The notes below the pieces were generated by a model. That model was not told the origin of the DNA. It was given only the letters and a program-made list of their open reading frames with translations, and searched no databases. 64,000 nt of DNA from Lytechinus pictus (lineage: Eukaryota): positions 10,542,001-10,606,000 of the forward strand of contig NC_087251.1 of the NCBI RefSeq assembly GCF_037042905.1, given 5' to 3'. Shown here piece by piece: positions 10,144 through 21,726 of this stretch (its first letter is position 1; each line of letters opens with the position of its first letter). The translations under genes were made by a program, and so were the position numbers.

Positions 10144-13100
10144 CAGGGGCGGATCCAGCCTCCGCCAATAGGGGGGGGGGCCGAATTTTTTTTTCACCCA
10201 TATTTTCCCCGATCGGCCGCTCAAAGTTGATTTTTGTTTCTTTCTTTGAAGGGGTTGTCCCAGTGGCGTAATGAGCCAAAAAAATTTGAGGGGCTTGATA
10301 AGGGGTATCACGTAAAATTAATAAAAAGTTACGAGTGAGCGAAGCGAACGAGTGAGCAAAAATGTTGACATCTTTATTACAAAAATCCAAGTTCGTGATA
10401 GATTTTGACATAATATTAATTCACAGGGCTCTCTCGAAAAGCAGTTTTTATATGTACTAAAGAGACCACCCTGTCTACAGAAGAGAGAAATGAATAAATA
10501 AATAAATAATATTTGGAAAATAATACATTTCACCCTTATCCCTTTCCTTTTCTCTTTTTTTTTCTTGATCATGATTTTTTTTTTTTTTTTTTTTTTTTGG
10601 GGGGGGGGCAAAATGCCCATGTCCTAACAGCTTTATTCTTATAAACAACATAAATGTGGAATAATTTCATAAGCCCTATTTGAATAGTGTGAGCGTAAAG
10701 TGCGAGCTAAACAATTTTGAAATTTCATGTATTTTATCCTGAAAATTGAACATTGTGAACCTGAACAAGATGCGTATGTCACTAGATAATTACTGCGAGC
10801 GCGTAGCGCGAGTAGAAATATCTTTAATGCGTTACTGTTTAGGACGTTTTGCAGTTAGCCACTAACACGATACATATTTTAATTATTAAATAATGCGAGA
10901 GCTGAATTTTTTTTGACGTTCCGGCCTTAAAAAATTAACGTTCTACGCACTTTTTGTAATCATGAACGGTATAAGTATATAACCAAACAATATATGCGAG
11001 CGCGAAGCGCGACAAGAAAAAAATGAGATTTCAAACCTAAAAACGGGACACTCTCTTCAAGTTTTGTAAATCATAAAAAAAAATTGGGTATAATTTGGTA
11101 TCTTCCTACATCATGCGAGCGCAAAACTCGAACAGAAAATTTTTGATATTCTGATCTGAAACTGGATATATAGGCTCATAATGATTTTAATAGAGAACAA
11201 GCTGCATATCTGAATAAACATGCGTGCGCGTATTTCAGATTTTGACCTAGAATCTGGGCATTCTAAATACCTTTTTACATCATGAAAATCAATAAAGCGA
11301 GCGCAAAGCGCGCATGGGCGTAACAGGGGTCGGTGGCCAGGGGGGCAAGAGCCAAAATTTTCCCGGTCATATCATGGAATGGGAAATGGCGTCATGAGGC
11401 AAAATTTTTGAGGGGGCGATATGGTGTATCGGGAAAAAATATATATATATGGATATATATGCGAGCAAGCCAAAATCCAATTTTGTGATAGATTTTGACA
11501 TATTAAAAAGATAATATCATATTTCACCCTTCTCTCTTTCCTTTTCTCTCTGTCTCTCTGAACAGGATTTGTGCGCATCAGGGCGAAGCTCTATATGCTC
11601 GAGATGGCCCAGTGTGGCGCTTGTGGCAAGAAGTAGCTGAATATAGGTCTCGAGCGAGCGAAGCGAGCGAGATAAAAAAAAATCACCTTTTCATGAGAAT
11701 CTAACATGAAGATAGATTTTGACGTTATATTCAGAAAAATATAAAACACTCCTTTGCTTTTCTTTCTTTCCTCCTTTTTTGTTTGGTTTTAGAACTTTTT
11801 TGGGCCATGGTCCAAACTCATCCATACAATAGTGCTTTATGGGTGGTGTCCTCTTGATATTAAAGCCATTATAAACCTTACATGCAGATGGCCACTAATT
11901 TCAATCAATTTGCGTGTATATTATATAGCTTTCTCACAATACATAAACTCAATGCAGTTGTGTATCGTATAATCATCCAAATATTTTGAAGGGGCACACC
12001 ATAGCAAATGTGGAAAATTTGTAAAAAGTCGCCAGCTAGCGAAGCAAGCCAGAAAGAAAAATGAAAAATGGCTTTCTGAAATGAAATTCTAATTATGTGA
12101 TAGATTTTTACATCATAGCAAATATCATGTCATATATTTTTTTTCATTCATCTCATTTCGCTGCCTCCTTTATTTTCTTTTATTTCCCCTTGGCTGTGGA
12201 ACCACCCCCCGTACACCAGGGCTTCAACGCAAAGCTTGATGCAGGAAGGGTCAATATAGGGGCCCGTTATAGAACCATTTAAAGGTTACAGATGAAGAGC
12301 CCCCACGTACTGCACGGGGTCTTGCCTCTATATAGAACAGAATCCCCTGTAGCTCTGGAAATTTAGCAAGTTTATGACAGACTTTCATACGACATTATGC
12401 TACCATAATCCATCTTTCTTCCCGCTCGTTATCTTCAATCCTCGGCAGCCCGGTAGTGTTATCTTGTCCCTTTTCTTTATTTTCCAATTTAGATTTTGGC
12501 TCATTCTATTCTACCTTCATTTCCCGCTTTTGTTTGCCTTTTTATCTTTATTTCCCTGTTTTACTAATCATGCTAATGTATTAATGTATATCGGGTAGAA
12601 TTGTTCTTTCTCACATGTTCTTCTTTCCTTCCTTTTCCTGTTTTCCCTTTTTATGTTCAGTTTCTTAGTTTTCTATTCCCTTTCATTTTTCCCTTTCCCT
12701 TTCCCTTTCCCCCTTTCCTCTTTTTTTCCTTTCCTTTCCCTTCCCCTTTCTTTCTCCCCCTTTTTCTTTTTCCCGTTTTTTTTATTTTCCCGGTGAACTC
12801 CGCCAGGGGGGCAGCTTTTCCCCTGCCCCCCGCCTGTTACGCCACTGTAAGCGCGAGCTTAAAATATTTGATATTCCGATCTGAAAAAAGGTCAATTTAA
12901 GCTCTGCATGTATTTCAAGCACTTTAATTGTAGGAAAATTGGGTGAATATGAATCACAGTTAAAAAAAGATCTGATATAATGTTTCATTACTTTGAGTTT
13001 TATCATAGGACAGGAACATTCTAAGAACATTATGTCATCATATGAAAATGATCTTCCTATTTCTCTTCCTAAGCGGGAGATGAAACTTGTCGATATTCCA

Positions 13101-13958
13101 TTTCTTAAAAAGGGTCAAGTTGATTATTAAATTAATATCTTATTTATTAATCTAATGAGCCTTATGAGAGCGAGAAATCTTTTAATTTATTATGGCCTGA
13201 AAACTAGACATTTAAAGCACTTTTGTAATTATGAATAAGATGCATCGAGTTATATATTTTTAAAAATCAATGCGAGCGCAAATCGCTAGCCGAAATTTTT
13301 GATAAATTGTCATGAAATGTGGATTTCAAAAAGTTTGTTAAAGAATTAAAATTGAGATATACATATCAAATCACCAATCAAAATGCGAGCGTGCAGCGCT
13401 ATAGCTGTTACGTTTTGACAATTTGACCTGAATAGGGATATTTGAGAACTGTATGGAATACAGGAAAATAATAGGTACCTGACAAATCAAATTTTGCGAG
13501 CACGCAGGGCGAGCAGAATATGTTAATATTCAGAAGATAAAACGTAAATTTTTACAGAGCACTTTTTAAAAATCAATTTGTAAATCAATCAAAACTTGAT
13601 GAAAGTTCGATTTCCGAGCTGAAATATGTTTTATATATTGACTTCAAAATTTGATATTTAAGCTCCGTATTGAGCAAGATATATAAATCACCTAAAAGTC
13701 AATGCGAGCGCGAAGCGCGAGCGAAAATTTTATACTGTATAGACCCTATAGTGATATATTTAAAAAAATTATTTTTCAAGTCTTCCCCTCATCTTATTTT
13801 ATTTACTCGTGTTTCTTCTTTATGTTTCTCCTTCTTTTTTCTCCTCTCTTTTCCCTTCTTTTTCTCTTTTTTCTTTCTTTCCCCCTCTTTTCTTTTTTTT
13901 GCTCCGCCAATCAATAGGGGGGCCCCTCGGCCCCTCGGCCCCCCTGGATCCGCCTATG
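10144..13958 (+). mobile_element. Large nested non-autonomous DNA element
   Basis: TIRs CAGGGGCGGATCCAG ... CTGGATCCGCCTATG; body homologous to 4393-7139; contains further inserts. Confidence 0.75.
11313..12847. mobile_element. hAT-like element nested in the previous element
   Basis: TIRs CATGGGCGTAACAGG / CCTGTTACGCCACTG; 8-bp TSD AAAGCGCG / TAAGCGCG (7 of 8). Confidence 0.75.
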
Positions 13959-14734
13959 ACTATGAGTCTTATAAATACTAAGGTTTAGTGTACTTTGTCG
14001 ACTTTGTACTGTATATATCCCGCTGAGCACTACCGTACCTAGATTTCGCTATAACTTGCGGTCGAAGATAGTAGATTACTTCAGTATATAATTCAGGGAG
14101 GCGTGTCACATGATCCGCGGTGCAGTGATTCCATGGACGATACTGTTGTGTTGGTCAAGTCATGAATTGTATTATTTTAATATAGCCTAGGTTCGACTAA
14201 ATGTTATGCTGAGTAGGATTAGGACATCCACTCTGAGTCAAAGGTATGGCAAGCGATAATCAATCACACTTTACCATATTACTAGTAACAGCGGACCGTA
14301 ACACTAACACTTTTAACAGCATGAACAGTGAGTTAGCTAGCGCTAACTGAAGTCAGAAACTCACCGAGTGAGAGTGAGAATAGAGTCGAGTGCAGTAATG
14401 AAGCGTAAAGTGCACTGCTTCAGTCTCACTCAGTGCTTGTGCTACCGCTACCTCAACGCGGACACCATTCTCACTGACACTACCTTCCTAAAATACTGGA
14501 AACTAGTTTAACGTGTAATGAGAATAAAACCACCTCGCAATGTAGTTCGCTTTGCCTAGTTAAACTGCATTTTATTTTTACTAGCATGACTCATGCCATG
14601 AGGACAGAACCGTTCTTATAATCTTAGCTTCGGGACGCGATCTTCGCACATTTTGAGCGCGCCACTCCACACACTGTAAGATGCCTATGCTGCAGTTTCG
14701 AATTTTGCACGAAACGTGTCGCCCCACTGAGAGC

Positions 14735-14748
14735 GTTCCCATAGCAAC
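14735..14748. promoter_or_regulatory. RFX X-box in the CpG-rich region between FH and TMEM179
   Basis: GTTCCCATAGCAAC matches the X-box consensus GTTNCCATRGNAAC and lies in unique CpG-rich sequence (~14000-14950). Confidence 0.6.
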
Positions 14749-15536
14749 AATATCGCTATATGTGAAGTGATTTTCAAAAACCACTTTCGGGTGATCAAAT
14801 AGGAACGCTAGCAAAGCGATCTTCCAAACTGGTTTCCAGTAAACTAGTTTTAGAAAGCGTATTGAGAACAGTGTCTTAGGCTCCATTCCACTTTACTACC
14901 GCTAAAATTACGTACGCTACAGGTGTAGCAGTAGTAAATTGCTGAAATGAAGCTGAACTTTAATTGAAAGTTCATCATTTTACAGCCCTTATATTTCACA
15001 GTACTATTAGGTTTATATAGGCCTAAAGGAACCAGATTTTTTTTAACCAGATCTACATATCTGACAACCTTGATATTAAAGAATTTTTCACAAAATAATT
15101 GTTTGCTGTAGTAGAGTAATATAACAACTACAGGTATGTATGTAGCTTCAAGAAGACCTCTATCTCTATTCTGCTGCAGTTCTGCTGAAGAAAGTTGAAG
15201 TACTAGTCACCCCCCTTAAAAACCATCCTTGGTATAATCATTGTAAAAAAAAAAAATGCTTCATATCATATGGCTGCCAGAATTACTGATTATCTTTGAA
15301 AATGTGAGAGAAGAATTATACAGTGATACCTCTCCATATTTTTACATGACTTTCACCTATCAAAGATGTATGTACACTGAAATTTTATCATGTTCAGCAG
15401 GTAAAGTAACAAAATACTTTATTTTTGTTTTACTCTTATAGAAATTCTCTGAGGATCCTCTCTTTATCCAGCTAGAGTACTAGGATAGGAGACAGGAGTC
15501 CTTTATTGCTGTTGGGAAACCTGATCGCTGAGCAGC

Positions 15537-15826
15537 ATGGGCCTTGGTAACATCCTCCTCCTCTCCCAGATCACGGGGTACATCTTTGGGGCCATCTTCT
15601 CCCTCTTCACCTTTCCACCCATCGCTGTCAGTCAAGATCACTTTGATGATCATTGTATCCTATTCTCAACCGGCTATCTTAATACCACATTAGATAGATA
15701 TGTGATAAATGAGTGGTCTCTCGGAACCCAATGCGGGTTTGCCATCTATGTAGGAATTCAGTTGATGGGGATATCACTGTGGCAGAGCATCCGTCTTTCC
15801 ATCCATGCAGTCAATGGTACTGACAG
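15537..15826 (+). CDS. TMEM179: TMEM179-family membrane protein, coding exon 1
   Basis: MGLGNILLLSQITGY...DHFDDHCILFSTG...EWSLGTQCGF resembles the TMEM179 N-terminus (MALNNFLFAQC...DFRGRCLLFTEG...EWGPPAACRF). Exon acceptor at 15441, so a non-coding exon lies upstream. Donor AG|GTAAGT, phase 2. Confidence 0.9.
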
Positions 15827-15917
15827 GTAAGTGATAGATGCATTCATACTCTCTTAAAGTAGTTACCTATGGTCACAAATCATGAAATAGTATACAGTCA
15901 CTTGTTTTTAGAATTGA

Positions 15918-18124
15918 CAGGGCTCGACACTAGCGCCGGTCCGACGGTCCCAAACCGGTAAAAATCACTGTCGGGCCAGTAGATTTTCAGAAATAGCAAG
16001 ATTTACTGGTCCGACATGACCAGTAAAAAATATCATTGTCGGGCCAGTAATTTTTCCAAAAATAGCAAGATTTATGGATCCGACATAAACAGTAATAAAA
16101 ACCATTGTTGGGCCAGTAACTTTTCCAGAAATTGTCAAATTCGCTAGTCCAACATAAATATAAAAAATATTCCATGACTCAAATTGCAAACCATTTTCCT
16201 CCCGTTAAATTCTGGCATTCACACACAGAACACACACAGAATGAATCGCATGCAATTTTTAATAGGGTAACATACAGTGCATATGGCTAGCTAGCTCAGC
16301 CACACAGCCCACATGGTAGATTTTCTACTGGCTGCTCGAACGAAGCTTGGCTAACCTCTGGCAGAAATCTCTCACAGAACTGTAAAAATTCACATTCACA
16401 CTAATGAAAAGCTCTTATAATGTCCATATTTCCTAAAAATTTGGGTAACTCTATCATTTGTAAGCAGTAAAAGGAGAAATTTTCACTTTTGCTTTAGTTC
16501 AAAGAGATCGGGTTTCGAGTGATATCGTCTGAATACATGCATGATAGCCCCACATATGCATTTGTGTGTGTGTTGATACACTTGGTTTCTTTCGTAGCTA
16601 TATATCTTAATTGAGCCAAAAAGAAACTGATAATTTATTTATGATGATAGTTTTAGCTTTCTTCCTTTGTTTTCTTTCAATCTTTCTTTCCTTCTTTCTT
16701 TTCAATCTTTCTTTGTTTCTTTCTCTTCTTTAATTTTTTGTTACTGTCTTTTTTTTATTTTCCCTCTTTCTTTGTCTTTCGTTCTTTCATTCTTTCTGTC
16801 TTTCATTCTTTCTGTCCTTTTAATATTTTTCTCTATTTCTAATGCTTTTTCTTTCTTTTTTGATTTCCTTCTTTCTTTAATTCTTGAGTCCATCCATCCT
16901 ATATTTATCTCTTCTTTCTTTCTTCTTTTCCTTCTTTCTTTTTCTCTTTCTTTCCTTAATTCTTTGTTACTTTCTTTGTTTCTTTCTTGGATCATTCCAT
17001 CCATCCTTTCTTTACCCTTTGTTTTTATTTCTTCCTTCTTTCAGCCCTTTCTCTCTTTCATTCCTTCCTTTCTTCTTTCTGTCTTTTGTTCTTTCTTTTT
17101 CCCCTTTGTTCCATCTATCCTTTTACCTTTTCTTTCTTTCTTTTTTTACTGATTGCTTCCTTTCCTTCTGTCGTTCTTTCTTTCTTTGAAATTCGGTCTT
17201 TCTTTTTGTTCTTCCTTTCATCTATTCTTTTACATTTTTTTTTATATCGCTTCCTTCCTTCTTTATTTCTTTCCTTCATTCTTTTTTCCTTCTATCATTT
17301 TCCCTTTTCTTGATTTCTTCCTTCTTTTAATTCTTTCTTTCTGTTTTCCTTCTTTCCATCTCTCCTTTGACCCTTTCTTTCTTTTGTTTATTGCTTCTTT
17401 CCTTCTTTCTTTCATTACTTTGTCTTTTGTACTTTCTTTCTATATTGCTTGCTTCATTTCTTTCCTTCATTCCTTTTTTTCTTTTGTTCTTTCTTTCCTT
17501 CCTTTCCTTCTTTAGTTTTTTTTCCTTCACATTTTTTCTTTACCTTTTTCTTCCTTCGTTTCTTTTATTCTTTCTTTCTTTCTTTCTTTTTTCCTTCTTT
17601 CGATCTCTCCTTTTACCCTTTCTTTCTTGTTTTATTGCTTCTTTCCTTCTTTCTTTCCTTTTTTCATTACTTTCTGTCTTTTTTTTTCTTTCTTTATTGC
17701 TTGCTTCATTTCTTTCCTTCTTTTTTCTTTCTTTCCTTCCTTTTTTTTCTTTTGTTCTATCTTTCTTATTTTTGTTTTTTCTTTCCTTCCTTTCCTTCTT
17801 TCTTTCTTTAGTTCTTTCTTTTTTCCTTCCTTCACATCTATCCTTTCTTTACATTTGCTTTTTTCTTCCTTCCTTCCTTTCTTTTATTCTTTCTTCCTTT
17901 CTTTCTTTTTGTCTTTCATTCATTCCTTCATTTTTTTTTTGGGGGGGGGGGGTAACAAGAAAGGACAGCAAAATAAACTCACGCCTTTTTTTTCATGTTT
18001 TCTATATTTTTTGGGACCAGTAGATTTTAGGTTCGGACCAGTAAAAAATTGAAAAACTGGGTATCTACTGGTCCGACATGAATAGGTTGGACCAGTAGAA
18101 AAAAAGGGTTAGTGTGGAGCCCTG
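15918..18124. mobile_element. TIR element with 7-bp TSD (P-like or hAT-like) in a TMEM179 intron
   Basis: GAATTGA|CAGGGCTCGACACTA ... TAGTGTGGAGCCCTG|GAATTGA; ~66-bp subterminal tandem repeats at 15960-16170. Confidence 0.8.
16657..17940. repeat. ~1.3 kb pyrimidine-rich (TTTC/TTCC) low-complexity tract
   Basis: Almost entirely C/T on the + strand; source of the many F/L/S and K/R/E ORFs. Confidence 0.95.
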
Positions 18125-18500
18125 GAATTGAGAATATGAGATGTTGCAGGAATGATAACCAAGGATGTTTTTGTCTTTGTACAGTGTTGTGTGCAAGGCC
18201 AAGAAGGGTCTACATGAACTCAGAAAGACAGATACTCTTTTGATTTTGTCTTTGTAGACTGGCCACTTGCCCTCCATTTTCTTCTTCTTTTTTTGTTGTT
18301 GCTTTTCTGTGTTTCAGTGTAATAGAATTATATTGAAGGTCAGGAATTCCTTTCCTTGAATATTCTTAGGGCACAGTGTGTGTTCAGGCTAGAAAGCCAA
18401 GGACAAGGCCAGAGTCACATATTTTTCTTCGAGACTGGCCTCAAGGCCAAGGCCAGTCTTTAGGAGTACAGCACTGGTACTGTGTATACATGTAGGCCTA

Positions 18501-19318
18501 CAGTGCGTCCCACAAAAAACGAAACTGAGATTTATCGATGATTTATTATAACTTAATCATAAATACAATAGACAAATGACCTACCATTGTAAAGCTTAGA
18601 ATCTACTCTTTTATCTGAAATTACTTAGATTATTTTTCATTCACGCATGAGTGAGCAAGAACAATTTGAAGAGGGGATACCAAAAAGTCATTTGGCGGGC
18701 TGTATCTGGGTTTCAAAACGAAAACCACATTTTTACAAAGTTCAATATCTGCTCTTTAATTTGATACCTCAATTAAAGAAATGGTCAAGAAATAACAAAG
18801 TTCTGGTTATTTGAAATAAGGCTTGAATTTCAACAATTTCATAAAATGAAGAGGTTTTACAGGCTAGCGTTCAAACTCACTTGACACTCCGTTTTGTTGA
18901 CGATCAGCCATGCATTAAGTATTTTGTTAACCATGCAATAGCTTCTGTGGGAAACCGGTGAAAACACGTTTATTTTATGAAATTATGGAAATACAAGCAT
19001 TGTTTCGAGGGAACATAACTCTTTTACTTCTAGACCATTTTTTGTGATTAAGGTATCAAATAAAAGAGCAGATATTGAACTTTTGGGGCATGTGATTTTC
19101 TTTTTGAAATTCAGATACCCCCCGCCAAATGAGTTTTTGGGATCCTTTCTTCAAATTGTTTTTGCTCACTCATGCGTGAATAAGGAATAATCTAAGTAAT
19201 ATCAGATGAAAGAGGAGATTCTAAGCTTTACATTGATAGGTCATTTGTCTATTGTATTTATGATTAAGTTATGATAAATCATCGCTAAATCTCGGTTTTG
19301 TTTTTGTGGGACGCACTG
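18501..19318. mobile_element. Tc1/mariner-like fold-back MITE (TA TSD)
   Basis: TA|CAGTGCGTCCCACAAAAA ... TTTTTGTGGGACGCACTG|TA; arms are complementary over several hundred bp. Confidence 0.88.
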
Positions 19319-19541
19319 TATATTAACAAACTGTGTTTGATGAAATATCATAACTATATCTGCATGAGTTAAACATTTTAATGATTAAAATATTATTGGT
19401 AAGCACATTCTTTTTGTTGTTGTTGTAATTATCCTGAGTAACATAAACCAATGTGTAGTGCACAGATCTTAAAGTGTCTTGTGTATCTTTTTTTTTTATA
19501 CTTGCTTATACTATTTTATTTCTCTTCGATTTTTTCTTTAG

Positions 19542-19670
19542 TTCTTTCCTGATGACTTGTATTACTTTATTGGTAAACCTTCTGATGAATATCATGCTGC
19601 TGGCTTCAGCTATAACTGTCACAGATGGATACAAAGTGTGGTGTGCAGCTATTGAAAAAGCTAATCAAAG
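19542..19670 (+). CDS. TMEM179: TMEM179-family coding exon 2
   Basis: Acceptor TTCTTTAG|, donor AG|GTGAGT; 129 bp, phase 2/2; SSFLMTCITLLVNLLMNIMLLASAITVTDGYKVWCAAIEKANQR (GxxxWC motif). Confidence 0.92.
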
Positions 19671-19715
19671 GTGAGTAATTAAAAATAAAAGATGATGTGT
19701 GGTAGCTTGAGTTCC

Positions 19716-20781
19716 CAGGCGCGGATCCAGGATGGGGCCAAGCCGGCCCAGGCCCCCCCCCCCCTATTTTTGGCAACCTCCAGAAAAAGTGTACTCTTTA
19801 ACTTGATAGAACGATGAAAAAGAGAAAGAAAAGTAAGAAAGAGGTATTATACCCATGATGTGTTATTTACAGCCTCGTAACGGCCGGCCCGACCCAAAAG
19901 GAAACGAGAAAAAGGTGAGGGGAAGAATTGGAAAATAGAATTTATATACAAATTTTCGCTCGCGCTTTGCGCTCGAATTGCCTGTGTAATGAATCTCATT
20001 CAAGCGGATTAAATGGCACTTAATATATCCAGTTCTGAAATCAATTTGCTCACAATATTTTAGCTCGCGCATCAAGCTTTCATTATTTTGTTTGATTTAC
20101 ACAAATTGTTAATATATATATATAATTTCAGCTCACGCAGCGAGCTCGCATTGTTTGATTTGTGAGATACCTTTCCTCTTTGGAAATTCTTACCAAAATT
20201 TCTCAAAATGCCTCTTTATTATGTCAGTAAAAAATTTAGCTCGTGCTTCGTGCTCGCATTTAATTGTTTTAGACACAGCTTGTTCTTTGTTTAAATAAAA
20301 GCGCTTAGACTATCCAGTTTTCAGGTCGGAATATCAAAAATTTTGAGCTCGCGCTTCGCACTCTCATTATTTAATTGGTGATACTTGTATCCTCTTTATT
20401 AATCACTAAAAACAGTCCCAATTGAGTCCCTTTTCATGTTACTATATTAAAATTTCGGCTCGTGCTTTGCGCTCGTATTGTTTAGTTGGATACTTATCTT
20501 TGTTCATGATTATAAAAACTGCTCAGAATCTTCAGGTCTAAGGACATTAAAAATCAAAGAATTTGAGCTCGCGCTTCGCACTCGCATGTTATATTAAGAC
20601 CATATGAGGTACCTTATCTTGTTTATAACAATAAAAACTAAAACTTCAGTCTTTTATAGTTAAGACTACCCCCTGAAAAGCCAACAAAAGAAAATCAGAT
20701 TATAGCAGCCAGTAGAGAAAAATGTTGATGAAAATTTTTTTCGCCCCCCCCCCCTATTGGCGAAAGCTGGATCCGCCCCTG
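19716..20781 (-). mobile_element. CAGGGGCGGATCCAG-family element in inverted orientation with GCTCGCGCTTCGCGCTCGC array
   Basis: CAGGCGCGGATCCAG ... CTGGATCCGCCCCTG flanked on both sides by GTTCC. Confidence 0.78.
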
Positions 20782-20998
20782 GTTCCCTATGTAGGTATGA
20801 AACTCTCCATATGTATTGAAAACTTATGAAACTTACCATTTTTCCTTCTTTTTAAGCGACTTAAAGAAAGTACAGGTAGTGTGCTTATTTATGGAATACG
20901 GGTATAGGCAAATGTGTAACCCCCCAAAAAAAAATCAGAGAAAGTTCAACTCAAATCCTGTTCTATATTTCAAAACTCTTTTGTAAATCTACATGAAG

Positions 20999-21136
20999 GG
21001 GAGTGTTTCATGAAGCAAATAGGTAATGAATTTCACTGACTAACTTGTTCTGAGCCAATCAGATGCAAGAATTTTATTAGCTTACCGGTATAACATTTGT
21101 AAGTAAAAATCAGTATTTGTTTCATGAAATGCTCCC
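20999..21136. mobile_element. Short Harbinger-like MITE
   Basis: GGGAGTGTTTCATGAA ... TTCATGAAATGCTCCC. Confidence 0.55.
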
Positions 21137-21381
21137 AGGCCTGTTTTCTCCCTTTCTTTATGTATGTATGTATTACAATAGCAATTAATCGTCCAACTAT
21201 GCTTCGAATAGCAGTCCATATATCTATGATATGAATTGTGTTTGAATTTAATTTAACCAAATAAAGTCATACATTGAAACTCATTAAGGGCTACTACATG
21301 TCATGTACATATTTAGAATTGTTATAAAAGTTGAATGTTAGATCAAGTAATGTGGTAACTTGCCCTTTATTTTCTTTACAG

Positions 21382-21469
21382 ATGTGAATATGCTGGATAT
21401 GCCAATAATTTCTTTTTTGATGAGAATATAAAGCCAGCTGGATTCAATCTTGACTGGGGCATAGCACAG
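21382..21469 (+). CDS. TMEM179: TMEM179-family coding exon 3
   Basis: Acceptor CTTTACAG|, donor CAG|GTAAGC; 88 bp; CEYAGYANNFFFDENIKPAGFNLDWGIAQ. Confidence 0.9.
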
Positions 21470-21726
21470 GTAAGCTTGAACACATTTCAAATTACATTTG
21501 GATTTATGGCATACTTATTTCACATTTTCATACTTATTGAGCTTGAAAGTTTTGCTAAAGATTTAGTGTGTGATGTCAGATAATTGAAGAAGCAATTAGG
21601 ATTAGGCATTGAAAGGTCCTCTGAAAATAATTTTCAAATTCATTCAAATTTTAAAGTTATTTTTCATCTGATTGCTCATACTTTACTGTAACTTATCAGT
21701 GGAATTATACCTAGGATTCTCTAGTA

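Noticed and set aside
4620..13720. CRISPR-like repeat-spacer appearance
   Set aside because: Eukaryotic context, degenerate repeats, long variable spacers that are homologous between transposon copies, and no cas genes.
14581..14886. 101-aa minus-strand ORF
   Set aside because: No recognisable homology or splice support; lies in the promoter-like region and overlaps the X-box.
15401..15441. 41-nt GT-AG intron in the TMEM179 5' UTR
   Set aside because: Probably too short; the acceptor at 15441 more likely pairs with an upstream donor such as 15134.
16667..18052. Many long F/L/S-rich and K/R/E-rich ORFs
   Set aside because: By-products of the pyrimidine-rich low-complexity tract, which lacks stop codons.
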